DNA from: the human T2T-CHM13v2.0 reference genome, Homo sapiens
Reading direction: 5' to 3'
Assembly (NCBI GenBank): GCA_009914755.4
Contig: CP086569.2
Span: 14,720,001 to 14,784,000 of the forward strand
DNA: 64,000 bases
Part shown: positions 47,329 through 61,640 of the stretch, one piece after another
Layout: each line of letters begins with the position of its first letter
How positions within the stretch are numbered: position 1 is the stretch's first letter
Position numbers and translations under genes: made by a program
The notes under the pieces: model-generated
Database searches by the model: none
What the model was told of the DNA's origin: nothing
Seen by the model: only the letters and a program-made list of their open reading frames with translations

Positions 47329-49002
47329 GTCAGTCAGCAGGCAGTATTCATTAAAGTACAGAGATTAATAGATGCCTTTCCCTCTTTGTGTCTTTCACAC
47401 ACATATGCCAAATCCATATTGTTTCTAAATACTGGTAGTCTTTTAAAAAATGTGTGTAAAGCAGTATTCATCAATACCAGCTTTGAGTTATGTGCTGACT
47501 GCCTATTTTTGGAAGTCCGTGTTACTCTAACACTCATTCACATCTCTTAGAAGTTAGGTATTTATCCCATCTTCTTTTAGCTCTCACTTGGGAATATTCT
47601 TCTCTGAAATCTATGTAATTCATCCAGTGTTTTTTCTTTATTATTGGAAACATGCCATAAGTAGTGTGTCTCACATTCTAAATAATCGCTGCTTTTCTCT
47701 TCTTACCAAGTAATATTTCTTTAATAGTTTTAAAGTTTTATTGTGTTCATGCCTCTTTCTTTAAACTACAGCAAATCACTTTTGCAAAATTTAAAACCAT
47801 CTAACTTCTAAAGCATCTGTCATTATGAAATCTTATTTGTCATTAAAGATTATGCTATGTATGAGTAGCATTCACCATAAAAATAGGATGCTTTTGGAAT
47901 GGTCTTTTTAAAACCAGTTGTAAAACCTGTAGTGTTTTAAAGAGATAATATAAATTAAAATATGCATGTTTATAAAAGGATTGAAGAGTTAGTAGGAATT
48001 TCAATTCTGCCTGTTTCACTTGAAAATAAAGGGAATAGTAGAAAGGACCGGAATAAATGATTAAGTATAAAAAGACACTTTCAGTGTAAAACTACATTTA
48101 ACAAAACTGGATGGACTTTTGTTAAAGTACTGAAGTCACTCTTCTACAACAAATTAGCTCTTAGATTTTTGTGGTGAGAGAGAGAGAGATAATCGATGGG
48201 AATCAGCTACAAATAGAATAAACAGACTGTTGACCTGACAATGACTTTTGCTTAATGAAGACCATCAAGTCAATAGATTGTTGTTTTGCAAAAAAGATAT
48301 ATATGTGCAGGTAGATATTTTTCTCTTGCTTTCTTCAGCAGCCCCTCAAGGAAGGCTGGTTTTCATGTCCTAGGACCTTTGACAGTGGCTCTGAATACGT
48401 TAGTTTGTGTAAAACGAGGGCAAATAGAGCCCATAGCAACTCCTTCACCATCTTAGCTAATGAGCCACTTGAAGTCCCTGTTGCCATTCCCAACCTGGAG
48501 TCCAGCTGCTTCTTCACTCTCAGAAGAGGAGAGGAGGTCAGATATCCCCAAGCCCCAGGGAATATGTCCATTCCAACCCATCGCTTGGCTTTGCGAGGTG
48601 AAAACCTGTGCGCAGTCATCACAGAAACCAATCTTGCAATCTTAGGATACTCGTGATCACTGTCTTTCCTACTTCCAAGATGCCTTCTTATTGCTCCAAA
48701 CAAACTAATGTGAAATAAGATTCCCCCTTTCTCTCTGTCTCTGCTAGGTCTGTGTAATTGCTTTCCTTGATAAGAGTGAGAGTCATGGTGTGTTGAGATT
48801 AACTAGTCCTGCTCTCTGTTCACAGCTGCTGAAACTGTTGCAGGCTATGCCTAAGTGATTTTGGTAGTAGGTAGCAGAAATAGATTTAACATCTGTTCTT
48901 ACTTGGGCTAGCTCTCCTGTCATTTTTAGTTTGAATCTATGGAGCCCTAATAAAAACATTCACTGAGCATCATTGCATTATTATATGATAGGCCAACTAA
49001 GG

Positions 49003-49272
49003 TCTGGTACAGTGGCTCACCCCTTTAATTCCAGCACTTTGTGAGGCTGAGGCAGTAGTTCAGGAGTAGCCTGAGCAAGATGGCAAGACATTGCCATCTC
49101 TGCAAACATAATAAAATTAAACAGGCATGGTAGCATGTGCCTGTAGTCATAGCTACTTGGCAGGCTGAGATGGAAGGATCACCTGAGCACAGGAATTCAA
49201 GGTTACACTGAGCCATGATCATGCCACTGCACTCTAGTCTGGGCAACAGAGTGAGACCTTGTCCCAAAATAT
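49003..49272 (+). mobile_element. Older Alu (AluJ-like, diverged), sense, with the target-site duplication 'ataggccaactaa' at 48989-49001 and 49303-49315.
   Basis: 'ggtctggtacagtggctcacccctttaattccagcactttgtgaggctgaggcagtagttcaggagtagcctgagcaagatggcaagac...', flanked by a repeated 13-mer. Confidence 0.8.
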
Positions 49273-49599
49273 ATCTATATCTATTACATATCTGTCTCTC
49301 TAATAGGCCAACTAAAAGATTTGTCAATATAGAATATTTTTAATCTAAAAAATTACTACTTTCTGAATCATTTTAGGCTAGTGAATAATGTGGGATTGTT
49401 TTACATTTTAGAGATGAAGTGTATAAAACTAGACACAGAGTGTGCTATATGGAGAACCAAATTCTATGGGACAGATTGAAAACCTGAAGTTCCTTCTTAG
49501 CTTCTCATTCATTAATTAACATGTATTAAAGTGTTGTTGAATAGTGCTGTTTGGAGATTCAAAATAACATTTTCTTAACATTTTCCATGGTTTACATTT

Positions 49600-49895
49600 G
49601 TTTGTTTGTTTTTTTGAGATGGAGTCTTGCTCTGTCACCCAGACTGGAGTGCAATGGCACAGTCTTGGCTCACTGCAACCTCTGCCTCCTGGGTTCAAGT
49701 GATTCTCTTGCCTTAGCCTTCTGAATAGCTGGGATTACAGGCACACACCACCACACATGGCTAATTTTTTGTATTTTTAGTAGAGATGGGGTTCCACTAT
49801 GTTGGCCAGGCTGGTCTCAAACTCCTGACCTTTTTATCTGCCCACCTCAGCCTCCCAAATTGCTGGGATTGTAGGTGTGAGCCACCATGCCCACC
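49600..49895 (-). mobile_element. Alu (antisense).
   Basis: 'tttttttgagatggagtcttgctctgtcacccagactggagtgcaatggcacagtcttggctcactgcaacctctgcctcctgggttcaagtgattctc...'. Confidence 0.9.
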
Positions 49896-50411
49896 CACTG
49901 GTTTACTTTTAAAAGGGGCTGCTGTCACATGCATGGAGAAGTATTGGCACATTTCAGTTGAATACATGTTCATGGAGTGCCTACAATTTGCTGTCATCTG
50001 TAATTGGCATTGGGGTGCAAGTATACATGTGACACCAGCCTCCACATGGTCCAGTAGTTTATTACTGAGATTGTCATTAGCACAATACTCTTTAAGTGGG
50101 CAAATTGTTTTCCTAACCTTTAAATATATTGTCATTTACCAACCTCTGTACTGTGTTTACTTTTATTACTTATTGAATTAATATTTAAAAATATTTTTAA
50201 ATTATAAAAACCCATACATACTTTCTGTTTAGTCTGCTGTATTTGTCAAAGGGTAAATGGAAAGTACTGATTTTATAGCTTCAAGAGCTTTATATACTGG
50301 TCTCTTGAGTTTTTAAAAGCAATGAGTGTCTTGAAATGATGATCAACAAAATTTCATATTATATATGTGTGTGTGTATGTATGTGTGTGTGTATATAAAC
50401 ATATACATATT

Positions 50412-50717
<306 letters not shown>

Positions 50718-53700
50718 TGAATTTGAGTTACACCATAAGAACCGCGCTTGACCGATGGCTGGAAGTAAGTTAATCTTCATAGACTAGTGTTATAGTTTAA
50801 AACAAACAGCAGAGATCCTTTCTTTTACTTTTTAAATAAAATTATTAGCATCAAAATGAAGGGTTGGAAATATTAACACGATTGGAGATGCCTGCTGGTA
50901 CTAGTTCTATGAAATGCAAACCTTCATATAGTTGTAGAAAGTTTAAAAGGCTTATCTTCTACAGGTAGAACACAAATGAGTGCATTTGGGGGCACTTCCT
51001 TTTTCCTTTCTATTTCTATTACTTTCTAAATCTATTTTATGGCTTGGTGAGACAATCTTTCTTCTAGAGGGTGTGTGTTTTACTATTTTGCTGCCAAATC
51101 CCATGGCCTCCCTTGGCTTCTAACTGTGGCAAAAATGGTTTGGGCAGGGAGAGAGAAAAGTTAAAAAATTTTACAAATATAAAGATTGAGACTAATTTGT
51201 GGCTTGCAGTTATGTATATCTTCCTTTGATGTCAATCTGTTTATTTTCAAACAGACCTGATCATAGAGTTTATTTAATATTTCCACAAATAATCAATATG
51301 TAAAATATTTAAACTTCATTTGTATAAATAGATTCAGTTGTATAATGAACCCAATTGTATAAGTGGATTTATACAACTTCTCACAAATAAATTTTCAACA
51401 ATTTTGAATTAAGTGGCCCAATACCTTAATGTGTTATAAATACAAATTCTAGGTTCTAATTACCTTTATAAGAGATATCAAGTGGTGATTAAATCACTAT
51501 AACAATAGATCTTGCTACATTTTAATATCATTTAGACTCATGATAAAAAATTAATAGTAATAGTAAAATCTCACAGTGAGTATGCAACTGTGGATTGCTT
51601 ATCCTAATTGATTTTTCTATTCATATATTTTCAGCATTTTAAAAAAGCATTGGCTTTCTGCTCTTGATTTCACAGAATTTTTTTTGCATTTTAAAGAAAA
51701 AAAAGTGGATGTTACATATTGCACATGCCATATAATAATGTCTGTAAATTTTTCAACAGAATAGTTTAGATTTCAGATGACTAATTTGTCCAAAAATAAT
51801 TTTAAAGAGAAAAATGCTAATCATTTACATAATAGAAAATATATTGAGAAGAGATCCAGTCTACACATCTGGTTATGCAGTTGGGATGCTGGTTAGCCAT
51901 TGAGTACTGTGTGTACTGGCAGTGAGGGCTGGAGGTCTTGAGAGGGGCTGAGCCTCATCTGCTCACAATTCTAGCAGAGTGCCAGAGCTACTTCCAATCA
52001 AAGGAGCCAACTGACCTTATTGCAAAGCAGGTGGACCATTTCTTAACATGCGTATTTCAGGGTCATGCTTCATTATAATTAAAGAGATTTTTAAATGAAG
52101 AAATTTGAACAGACATCACCCTTGTGCTCAATACATTTGTTTAAGGCTGTTGGTCTGTAAGTGCCATTCAAGATTAAAACCTTACTGCGAGGGGATTGGG
52201 CTGCTTGGGCTGGCTTCTGGTGAGTTAAGGTTTCTTCATAGGCTAGAGTATTTACTGTAGCTGTATTTACTCTAGAGGATTACACACGGGAAAGACAAAG
52301 AGCAAAGTAAATTCTGAAATCTCAGAGAATGTGCTCTATTAGTTTGAAGAACTGGTCATCTTTTTTTTTTTACTGTACACCAAAGAATCAAGGAAATAAT
52401 GAAATGTTATCTGAGGCTACTATCTCTCTTCTTATCCACATACCCTTTCTGTAGAACTATTTGTCTGGCATCTGCTGGCCAACCTTCAATGCAAGAATGA
52501 TACTAAATGATCACTTTGTTAAGATTTGTTTTTCATCACTCTGAACAAATTTTGATGGCTTTTTTCTTGACACAAAATATAGAGAGCTACTTCTATTAAA
52601 ACCAATAATCAATTAACTTTGGGATTTCTATCCTATCAGGAATTGATCTTTTATTTATTTTTGTAATGAGTTAGTCTATGGTCAATGCAATAAAAATGTT
52701 CTATCTTGTAAACATTTTGGCATTGCTTTATTTTCTCTTATTTATTTTTTGTAAAAAGCAGAGCGAATGTACGTGTGAGTAACAGGACCACGCTGGAAAA
52801 GAGATCTGAGCTGCTTGAAACAATATATGATAAATACGGCAGTACAAAATAACTATGATAAATCTTCACCCTTCCCTTGGTGACTTTCAAGCAGAGTAGG
52901 GATTATCATTTTTGCAATGGTTAGCATAAATATTGCACTAGTCTCTTATTTCCACATATTCTTGAAGGAAGAGTAAGAAAGTAAGTTTTGCTATTTGTTC
53001 AGCAAATATAGGCTGTTCATTGAACATTTGCTATTGCAGAAGTTTCTCTTCTGGGACATTGTGAGGTGTGGGAATGAAGGAGACATGGTTTTTGACCTAT
53101 GGGGGCTATGGCTTAATGGGAAAACTGGCATCATTAAATGACTTTGCTGCAGCAAGAAGCAGTTAAACGCATGTCTTGACAGTTAGAGGTTCAGCATTGA
53201 AGGGGTCAAAAGAATAAAGCCTTTATTTCTGACTGAGAAATTTAGGGGATGTGTCACAGAGTGGTGGCATTTTTTCTGAGCCTGGAAATATTCAAGGTCT
53301 TTAGTTAGAAAGCAGAAGGCAAGACATTTCAGAGTGAAAAAAAAATAAACACCACAAACAGCCCATGGTTTTATGAAGTACCTGGCAATGTGTTTCTAGG
53401 AAAGCTGGGTTTGTAGATAATATCTGTGACAAAAATTAAACAGATACTTGGAGGTAGACTGACAAATAAAATGGTAGCCAATCATGAAGATGGATGCCTT
53501 GAAGGGGATGTCAAGAAGTTTCTCTTCATTCTATAGAGAATAGGATACAATGAAAGAGTTTGGGAAACTGAAGGAGAGAACCTCACTTCTACTTTAGAAA
53601 AATAACCACAAAGTACCAATAAGGGGTCATTAGTGAAAGAGATTCAGGTGCAGGGAAATAGGTTGAAAGGCTGTTGTGAAGGTCGGAACAAGGAGGGGAG

Positions 53701-55717
53701 TAAAGTTGGGTGACCACCATGGCGACACAATGATTTGTAGATTCTTGAAAATGTATTATGCAATAAAACAACTAAATGTTGTTAGCTTCAAGAACATATC
53801 AAAAAGATTCTAAGATCCCTTAGCCATTCTAAAGAATAAAGTTGTCATAAAGATAGATATCCCAGTAGAAGGGACATATCTGGAACAGAAAAATTCAGCA
53901 GGCAGGTGGAAAAGATGGTCTGCAGCTTAGCCAGGGATTAGGGATAGACTGGAGAAACATTTGCTTAGTAGCAATAAGCTAATCATCCAAGTCAAGGTAC
54001 CCCCATTGCTATGATTATGCACTGAGAAGAAAAGTTTAGGATACAAGCTTGAAAGAAATGCATGTCATGGCAGAACAGGAGTCAAAGATTGACTTGGTGA
54101 AGTCCCAGATCCACCAAGAAAGCTGAGGATCTTAGAAGAAAAATATCCAAAGGATTTGCATATCTATCAAAACCACTTCTATCTTCTGTCTCTCTGTGTG
54201 GCCTTTTCTATTATGAAATGTAGAAAGAAGCAGGTATTTCAGAGAGAAAACTGAGATCAGATCGTAGCCCCAGGCAACTTATTTAATCTTCCTTAGACTC
54301 AAATATCTCCCATTCAATAAGTAGATAATTAAGCTTTTACCCACTTCACAAATTCCCAGTAAGGATCAGGAGAGACAAATTTATTGTAAATTAAAGGTTG
54401 CTACTCAGCCATGACCCATCGGCAATAAAAAAGGAGAATGCAGTAAGTATGGTAAACATTTTCTCTAAAAAATATTTTTTGAAAATCAGCGACTTTGACC
54501 ATATATAAATATGCTTTTTAAAAATTATTCAACTCCATCCATCTAAATCTTTGATGACTTTAAAATTTTTCTAAACCAGGCTTACCGTGAATTAAGATCC
54601 AAATGAAAGAGGAGTTGAAATTCAGCCATGTCACCAGCATGTATCAAACATTATTTGCATTTTGTGTTTGCACATTTTCCAGTTTCTTCTGCGTTTAAAC
54701 TTACAAAATAGAAGAAGAAATCAAGCATTGTTAAATAGCCTTTCAAATGAGTTTTCAGTGCTTTCAGCAAATGACCATTGTGGACAGAAAATGATATTAA
54801 TGGTAATTGGTGTTCTTGTTGTTGATGGCATTCACCATCATGGTGACATAGATTCTATCTTATTGAGTTAGTTTTGCATATTCTATTAGTATTACCAATT
54901 TCTTAACAAATTCCCTTTCGGAAATGTCTGCTATTTTGAACTGTGGTTCTTCAATATATCAATTACCAGACAACTTGCATGTACAGAAGGTGAGTAAGAA
55001 ATCAGAATGATTAACTACTTTAAAATGAGACATCTATGAGAAACTTTTGGAGCAGTGCACTCACTCATGCAAAATCCAAACATTATAAATTCATTATTTT
55101 CCATTAAGACTATGGTGGAGTGCTTGAGCAGTCATTGCAGAATCTAAAAGACTTGAGCTTTGAAAATCACTCAGGAGATTTCACATGAAGAGATTTCACT
55201 TTGCAGTGTTTTCTTTCCTTAAATGGAAAACTCCCTGAGAAAGAAGGAAGATTAAATCTGGAAACCATGTTATAATGACCTTAGAATGTATCAGTAGACA
55301 CAGAGCATATTAAAAAATGGGAAAATGACTTGAAATGCTTTATAGTGATCTCATAGTGTGAATTCCATGTTAACCTCAAGTGAAACAACCTTGTAACATG
55401 ATTTATTCAGAAGAATGCACATGAAATGACTGTGTAGAGATTACCAAGGAATAAATCACTTGTTCAGAATCAGGAATCAGTTTATACTCTCTAAAAAAAA
55501 AAAAAAAAAGAAAAGTTAAAACAAAAAGGAGCAAATAGCTGAATGGAGTGTCAGAAGACTTCAGAAGTGAAACCCTGTATGAGTATGAAGAGGCCACTTT
55601 TATGAAAGGAAATCTCAGTTGTCATCAGATCGGATTCATCTCTTCCAGATTTGTTCTTCCTCAGCTTATACTTTGAGTCACATGCAGATTGTTTTAATTG
55701 ATATTGTCCTGTTTCAG

Positions 55718-55901
55718 GTGTCCCCCTGAAGCCCAGAGAAGGGTTACAATTTACAGAATTGCCGTCTGGACAGCTGGAGGTAAGTGGTCCTCCAAATTCC
55801 ATATTCCTATTGAGCCTGTGATGTTTGTGGTACAAAGAAGGTGGAATTATGGAATCCATCCTAGAGAAGACAATGTCACTCATTGGCAGACAGTGGTACA
55901 G
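55718..55901 (+). pseudogene. ANOS2P: Next anosmin-like exon, encoding the first half of FN3 domain 1. It reads (G)[20 protein letters not shown], then a 1-bp deletion at ~55790-55796 shifts the frame, then [41 protein letters not shown].
   Basis: Acceptor 'ctgtttcag' ends at 55717 and donor 'acag|gtaaaag' is at 55902. Two adjacent segments are homologous to ANOS1 '[62 protein letters not shown]' but lie in different frames. They are joined by 'gag gta agt ggt cc' where 'gag gtN aag tgg tcc' (E V K W S) is expected. Confidence 0.75.
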
Positions 55902-56576
55902 GTAAAAGCTTCATATAGACTTTGATTTTCATCCTGGAGGTAGTGTCTGCTACATAGCTCCGCACATAAAATTAACTTGCTATGCCTCAAAATAGCTTGA
56001 CTACAGAAATTACTTACTCATATACGGAATAAACAATATAAAGGTCTGCTAAAGAGAGGATGAGGTTCACAGATACAAATGAATATGCTCAGAGGCTCAA
56101 CCATTGGAATAATTTCTCTGAAATATACATAGAAGGTAGATAATTTTATAATCTGTTCACATGTATTTTCTCCAAGAACCACATTTCCCTCAGCCAAACT
56201 CAAAGCCAATTAGAGTAAGGGAAATGAAACTTTATGAGGACTAATTTGATATTTAATCATCTAAATGCCTTCTCTTCTGTTTCTCCTGCCTTTATTCCTT
56301 TATCCCACCCAGACTTAAGGAGCATGAGGTAAGATTTGTATTACAAAATTACTTATTGGGACATAGCCAGCAGCCCATAAACCTTCACCAGTGATTTCTT
56401 CTTTGTCTTAGTCAGCTTAAAAACTGATACACCATCTGCATGGCAACACTCCCAGAGTTTATCTTAACACTGAGTCTTCATCTTCTGTCTTGTTGATGAG
56501 AAAAGCGAAATGTTATCTTCTTTCTTTTTACGAGCCGTTAAAAGCACAACCAGCTGCTACTTGCTGCCTCCCACCA

Positions 56577-56625
56577 CATGCACACACACACACACACACA
56601 CAGAGACACATACACACACACAAGA
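56577..56625 (+). repeat. (CA)n dinucleotide microsatellite, interrupted.
   Basis: 'cacacacacacacacacacacagagacacatacacacacacaag'. Confidence 0.95.
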
Positions 56626-58283
56626 AACCATACATGGATGTAAAAAGTAACAGATTCTGAATATGAAACTGTTCCATGCATTTAGACAATGAAAATGCCT
56701 TCCCACATTTATGTCTATAGGAAAAAATTGTCACCTTAAGTTGATTAGGTCATTTTTTTACAAGGACTAGATTCCTATATTTTTGTTAGTAAATGAAAAA
56801 TAAATGTCATTATTTAGGTGTTTGCAAGAAGAATATTTTCTAAATAGCACTATCTCAAAGGGGTTAAGCACTAAAATAAAACAATGTAAAAACCCCAAAA
56901 TAAGAAGTTTGATGTAAAACAACAACAACATTAAATTAGAAAAAAAAAAAAAAACTGGTCAAATCAATTCAGTAATTCTATTCTATACTTATTTTATAAA
57001 AAAACTTTGCTTCAATAAAACATAAAGCCACTCAGAATACAGCCTGAAATTCCATTTGATTTACATGCCATACTTTCCTAAATCATGGTACAGATTCATT
57101 TGAAATTTTTCCAAATTAGTTGAAGATTTATGAAAATAACTGAAAATAAGATAATCTCTTTTGTCTTCAAAAGATTTTTGGAAAGACAAAAGCTCTTTTA
57201 TTGTTGTTGTTGTTATTATTTTATCCTGTTAATGCTACATATAATACCTCCTTGTCTGCTAAACACTGTAGATACCATGCCGACTTTAAGCTTTTTAAAT
57301 TCACAGCTGAAACTCTAAATGATGAAGTTGAAACTGTTTTCTCAAAGTCTGCCAAAGCAGGTAGAAAGTTACATGTAAGAGTTCATATTCTTCCTTTGTT
57401 CTCAGAAATGTTATTTTAGATATTGATGTAAACATGACAGTCGTTTTCATGTTCTTATAAGCTGAGGTTGTTATAACCTCAGTTATTATAAACAAGTGTA
57501 GGAATGTTTAAATCCAATCCTGTTTCCCTAGTTTCATCCAAAGAGCAAGTTGAGTTCAGCACCTGGTGTAGATGAAGGCACAGACTGTAGGTGGTTATTT
57601 TTTGGAATTCAAGGCAAAGGTTTTCAAGATCCTACCAATGGAAATTAAACACAGAACATTGTTGAAAGCAGGTATATAGTATGAAGACTATTAAAGTTAT
57701 TTGATATCTTAAAATTGTAGCACTAGAGACAGCAAAACCTACTGATCTTCCCCAGTGTCATTTTTCCCCTTTTGGGCATTTTATTGAACAAATACATGCT
57801 AACACATTTCACCCTTTATGATCAAGACTGGTTCTTCACAGACGTTACGTGATTTACTCAAAGGTTTTTTTAAACAGTGGCTCAGGTTATAATTTACTTC
57901 CAGAAATTGTTAGTGGTCTTTAAGCATGTGGGTTGTTATAGCTATTTTTATAATTATATTTGGCATGTGAGTTAAAATATTTTCTTTCTGTAACCTGGAG
58001 GTGATTTCATCTTCTTGTCTGTAATGTAACAATGGCTACTCATAAATATTCTCTGTTGATTGAATCGCTCAAATGCTGTAATTAATCACCAGATTTACAA
58101 ATAGCCCGAGCTCTTGTCATGAGATTTTGACTTCAAGAGATGTTTAATTCTTTGGGGTGAAATATAAGTGATTCCTTGATCCCTGACAGCTCTCTTCATA
58201 ACTGGGCATGATAAGCAGCACTTATCAGAAGGAAGACAGGCTCAGCTGCACTGGCTGATAGGTTAGTGTATTTTTCTAAACAG

Positions 58284-58449
58284 ATCCAACCAACATGTGA
58301 GAATAAAAGGTGACATGTTCCCTGTGCTCTGTGAGTTCAACTGACTGACATAAGACCCAACTGACGGTACCAGTTTCGAGTGGCTGCTGTGAATGTGCAT
58401 GGAACTCGACGCTTCACTGCCCCCAGCAAACACTTCTGTTCTTCCAAAG
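58284..58449 (+). pseudogene. ANOS2P: Third anosmin-like exon, encoding the end of FN3 domain 1: ...[37 protein letters not shown]. There is an in-frame TGA at 58362-64, which is CGA in the functional gene, and two further TGAs at 58311 and 58332 in the exon-4-continuous frame.
   Basis: Acceptor 'tttttctaaacag' ends at 58283 and donor 'ccaaag|gttagt' is at 58450. 'Y.FRV.A.N..G....PS' is the canonical FN3 F/G-strand signature. It matches ANOS1 '[38 protein letters not shown]', but Arg is replaced by a stop and Trp by Arg. Confidence 0.7.
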
Positions 58450-60232
58450 GTTAGTCTTAAATACATACATACATGAATATAGATTCACTGTCACCATGTT
58501 CATATTTATGAACCCTGTCTTAAGACTCAACAGGTGGCTTTGCTGTTTTAAAGAATGGGACCAGATGTGTTTGAAGGTACTGTGCACATTTATGGTTAAG
58601 GACAACTTGAAATTTTGCCTGCAGTATGTCACAGAAGATAACATAAGGGAGTTTTTTTAAAAAACTTTGAAGTGGCGGGGGGTTTTCATTATCAACATCT
58701 GTTGAGTTTTTGGTTAAAGATATTTTGCATTAAGCACTATTCAGTTGATTTTCAAAGAGAAAGACTGAATTTAAGCTACTCTAGACAAAATAGTCTTCCT
58801 TGAAATGATTGTTAAATTGAGAGCGAATTTGACTCCTCCCTTTGCTTCATAACATTTAGAATTTAAACCCCTCCCTAGTAATTTAATCATTGCTATAATT
58901 TTGTTCAGTTCTGACAGCAATGATATTTTAAAATCTCTGTGGAAACAAATGAACAGTATGTTACATTTGCAGTTAATCTGTGACAGTTGAAGCAGGTTTA
59001 TTTTCTAGTTGCGTCCATATGGCTGTGTACCTTCCAAATTTAGACATCTGCTTGACTAATTTCTAAGGATCTGGTTTCACAAATATAGATTAGTTACCTT
59101 GTTCTCCCACTAATCACAAGTTATCTTCTTATGCAGAAACTAAATTTGTTTTATTTTACATAAATTTATTGATTGTGACATTAATAAATAATGTAACTGT
59201 TTACATTTAAAAGCCTTTTAAAATGTGTGTGGGGGGGGGGCTTCTTTTTCTTTTCTTTTCTTTTTTTTCCCTCCTAAGGAGGCAAATTCATGAACTAAGC
59301 AAACTTTAAAGTGAAATTGTAAATGAAGACATCAAACCCTGTCTTAAGACTCTGTCTCCAACTGATCTGAAAATTTAATGAGGCATGTGAAATAATTAAT
59401 TGTGGGTTAGTAGGCAGTGATCAATAAAAAGTTTCAGAATGCATCACCTTAAGTTTTATGGTTCAAATGGGATTCAGACGTGTTGTGGTCAAAAATGTGT
59501 TACCATCTGTTCAGTTGCCTGCAGGGTTTGGGCTGGTGCTCTATGAACAAGACTGCAAATTCAGACATCGGATGGAAGCTGTTCCCAGCCTCTAGAGACA
59601 GATGCTTAAATAATTTCCTGTAAGAGTTGTGGTGGCACCTCTTGTCTAATGAAGGTGGTTTTGCTCCCATGATTTATTATACAGCCTTGCTATTCTCATG
59701 ATCTGGGCAGAGATCTTTTGGCAGGGCCAGGATCTGGGGGAGAGTAGGAAGGTCAAGCTGTTCTGACGCTTTCTGGTATATCGGAGCAACTTAATAATCT
59801 AGAATGCGAACTCTATCTCCCAAATTTAAGTGGACTTTTATTTAAGGAAAATGCAACTATTGTAGTTATCATTAAAATGTTGTTCTGTCACTGTTACAAA
59901 TACACCTAAAATTCACACGTCCATGTATCTCATTGTGAGGAACATTCCAAGCTTTAGTTCTTCAAATCTTACAAACCAAAAATGTCTGCACAGAATTAAC
60001 AGAAGATTCCATTATATTTTAAATATAGAAAATCCCAGAATGACAGGTTTAACATATCAGACAAAAGGTGGTAGACATTCCCTCTATGATCTCTAAAGCC
60101 AACTTAATCACTAACAAGGTGGGGCCACATCTGTTTCTCATTCTCACCAAATGTCGAAAGATCCTTACTGGGAAAAATGCTTTAAATAACTTTACTGAAA
60201 TATAATTTTTATGTCATAAAATTCACTTATCT

Positions 60233-61300
60233 TCTGTTGTGGGAAGTCAGGGACCCCAAACGGAGGGACCAGCTGAAGCCATGACAGAAGAACATGGATT
60301 ATGAAGATTTTATGGACATTTATTAGTTCCCCAAATTAATACTTTTGTAATTTCTTATGCCTGTCTTTACTGCAATCTCTAAACATAAATTGTAAAGATT
60401 TCATGGACACTTATCACTTCCCTGATCAATACCCTTGTGATTTCCTGTGCCTGTCTTTACTTTAATCTCTTAATCCTGTCAGCTGAAGAGGATGTATGTT
60501 GCCTCAGGACTATGTGATAATTGCATTAACTGCACAAATTGTACAGCATGTGTGTTTGAGCAATATGAAATGTGGGCACCTTGAAAAAAAAACAGGATAA
60601 CAGCAATTGTTCAGGGAATAAGAGAGATAACCTTAAACTCTGACCGCCGGTGAGCTGGGCAGAACAGAGCCATATTTCTCTTCTTTCAAAAGCAAATGGG
60701 AGAAATATCGCTGAATTCTTTTTCTCAGCATGGAACATCCCTGAGAAAGAGAATGTGTACCTGGGGGTGGGTCTCTGAACTGCCCTCCCGGGTGTGGTTG
60801 TCTCTTTTGGTCGAGACTGCAGAGGTGAAATAGAGTCCAGTATCCCATAGTGCTCCCAGGCTTATTAGGAAGAGGAAATTCCCACCTAATAAATTTTGGT
60901 CAGACTGGTTGATCTCAAAACCCTGTCTCCTGATAAGATGTTATCAGTGGCAATGGTGCCTGAATCTTCATTAGCAATTTTAATTTCGCCTCAGTCCTGT
61001 GGTCCTATCATCTCACCCTGCCTCCACTTGCCTTGTGATATTCTGTTACCTTGTGAAGTACTTGATGTCTGTGACCCACACCTATTTGCACACTCCCTCC
61101 CCTTTTGAAACTCCCTAATAAAAACTTGCTGGTTTTTGTGGCTTGTGGGGCATCACGGATCCTACCAACGTGTGATGTCTCCCCCAGACGCCCAGCTTTA
61201 AAATTTCTCTCTTTTGTACTCTGTCCCTTGATTTCTCAAGCCAGCCGACGCTTAGGAAAATAGAAAAGAACCTACGTGATTATCGGGGCAGGTCCCCCGA
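60233..61300 (+). mobile_element. Class II (HERV-K superfamily; LTR13/LTR14-like) solo LTR. It has an internal ~75 bp duplication at 60300-60480 and the polyA signal 'cctaataaaaacttgctgg' at ~61117.
   Basis: The 5' end reads 'tgttgtgggaagtcagggaccccaaacggagggaccagctgaagccatgacagaagaacatggat'. The 3' part reads 'ctcaaaaccctgtctcctgataagatgttatcag...ccttgtgatattctgttaccttgtgaagta'. Both are characteristic of HERV-K-group LTRs as I recall them; the subfamily is not certain. Confidence 0.5.
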
Positions 61301-61387
61301 TAATCTTCAAGTGTACAGTTCAGTGACTTTTAGTATTTACTGACTTGTGCAACCATCACCATCATCTAATTTCTGTTTTTTCTATTT

Positions 61388-61640
61388 CTTTTTTTTTTTT
61401 GAGACGGAGTCTCGCTCTGTCGTCCAGGCTGGAGTGCAGTGTCGCCATCTCAGCTCACTGCAAGCTCCGCCTCCTGGGTTCACGCCATTCTCCTCCCTCA
61501 GCCACCTGAGTAGCTGGGACTACAGGAGCCCACGACCACGGCTAGCTAATTTTTTGTATTTTTAGTAGGGATGGGGTTGTACTGTGTTAGCCGGGGTGGT
61601 CTTGATCTCCTGACCTCGTTGTCCGCCCGCCTCGGCCTCC
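61388..61640 (-). mobile_element. Alu (antisense), truncated, flanked by the target-site duplication 'atcatcta(a/g)tt' at 61356-61366 and 61641-61651.
   Basis: 'gagacggagtctcgctctgtcgtccaggctggagtgcagtgtcgccatctcagctcactgcaagctccgcctcctgggttcacgccattctcctcc...'. Confidence 0.85.

Noticed and set aside
58153-58260. Possible extra FN3-start exon ('LFITGHDKQHLSEGRQAQLHWLI') ending at a 'ag|gttagtg' donor-like site.
   Set aside because: The would-be intron to the next acceptor (58261-58283) is only 23 bp. ANOS1 has no exon at this position, and the similarity to an FN3 A/B strand is weak.
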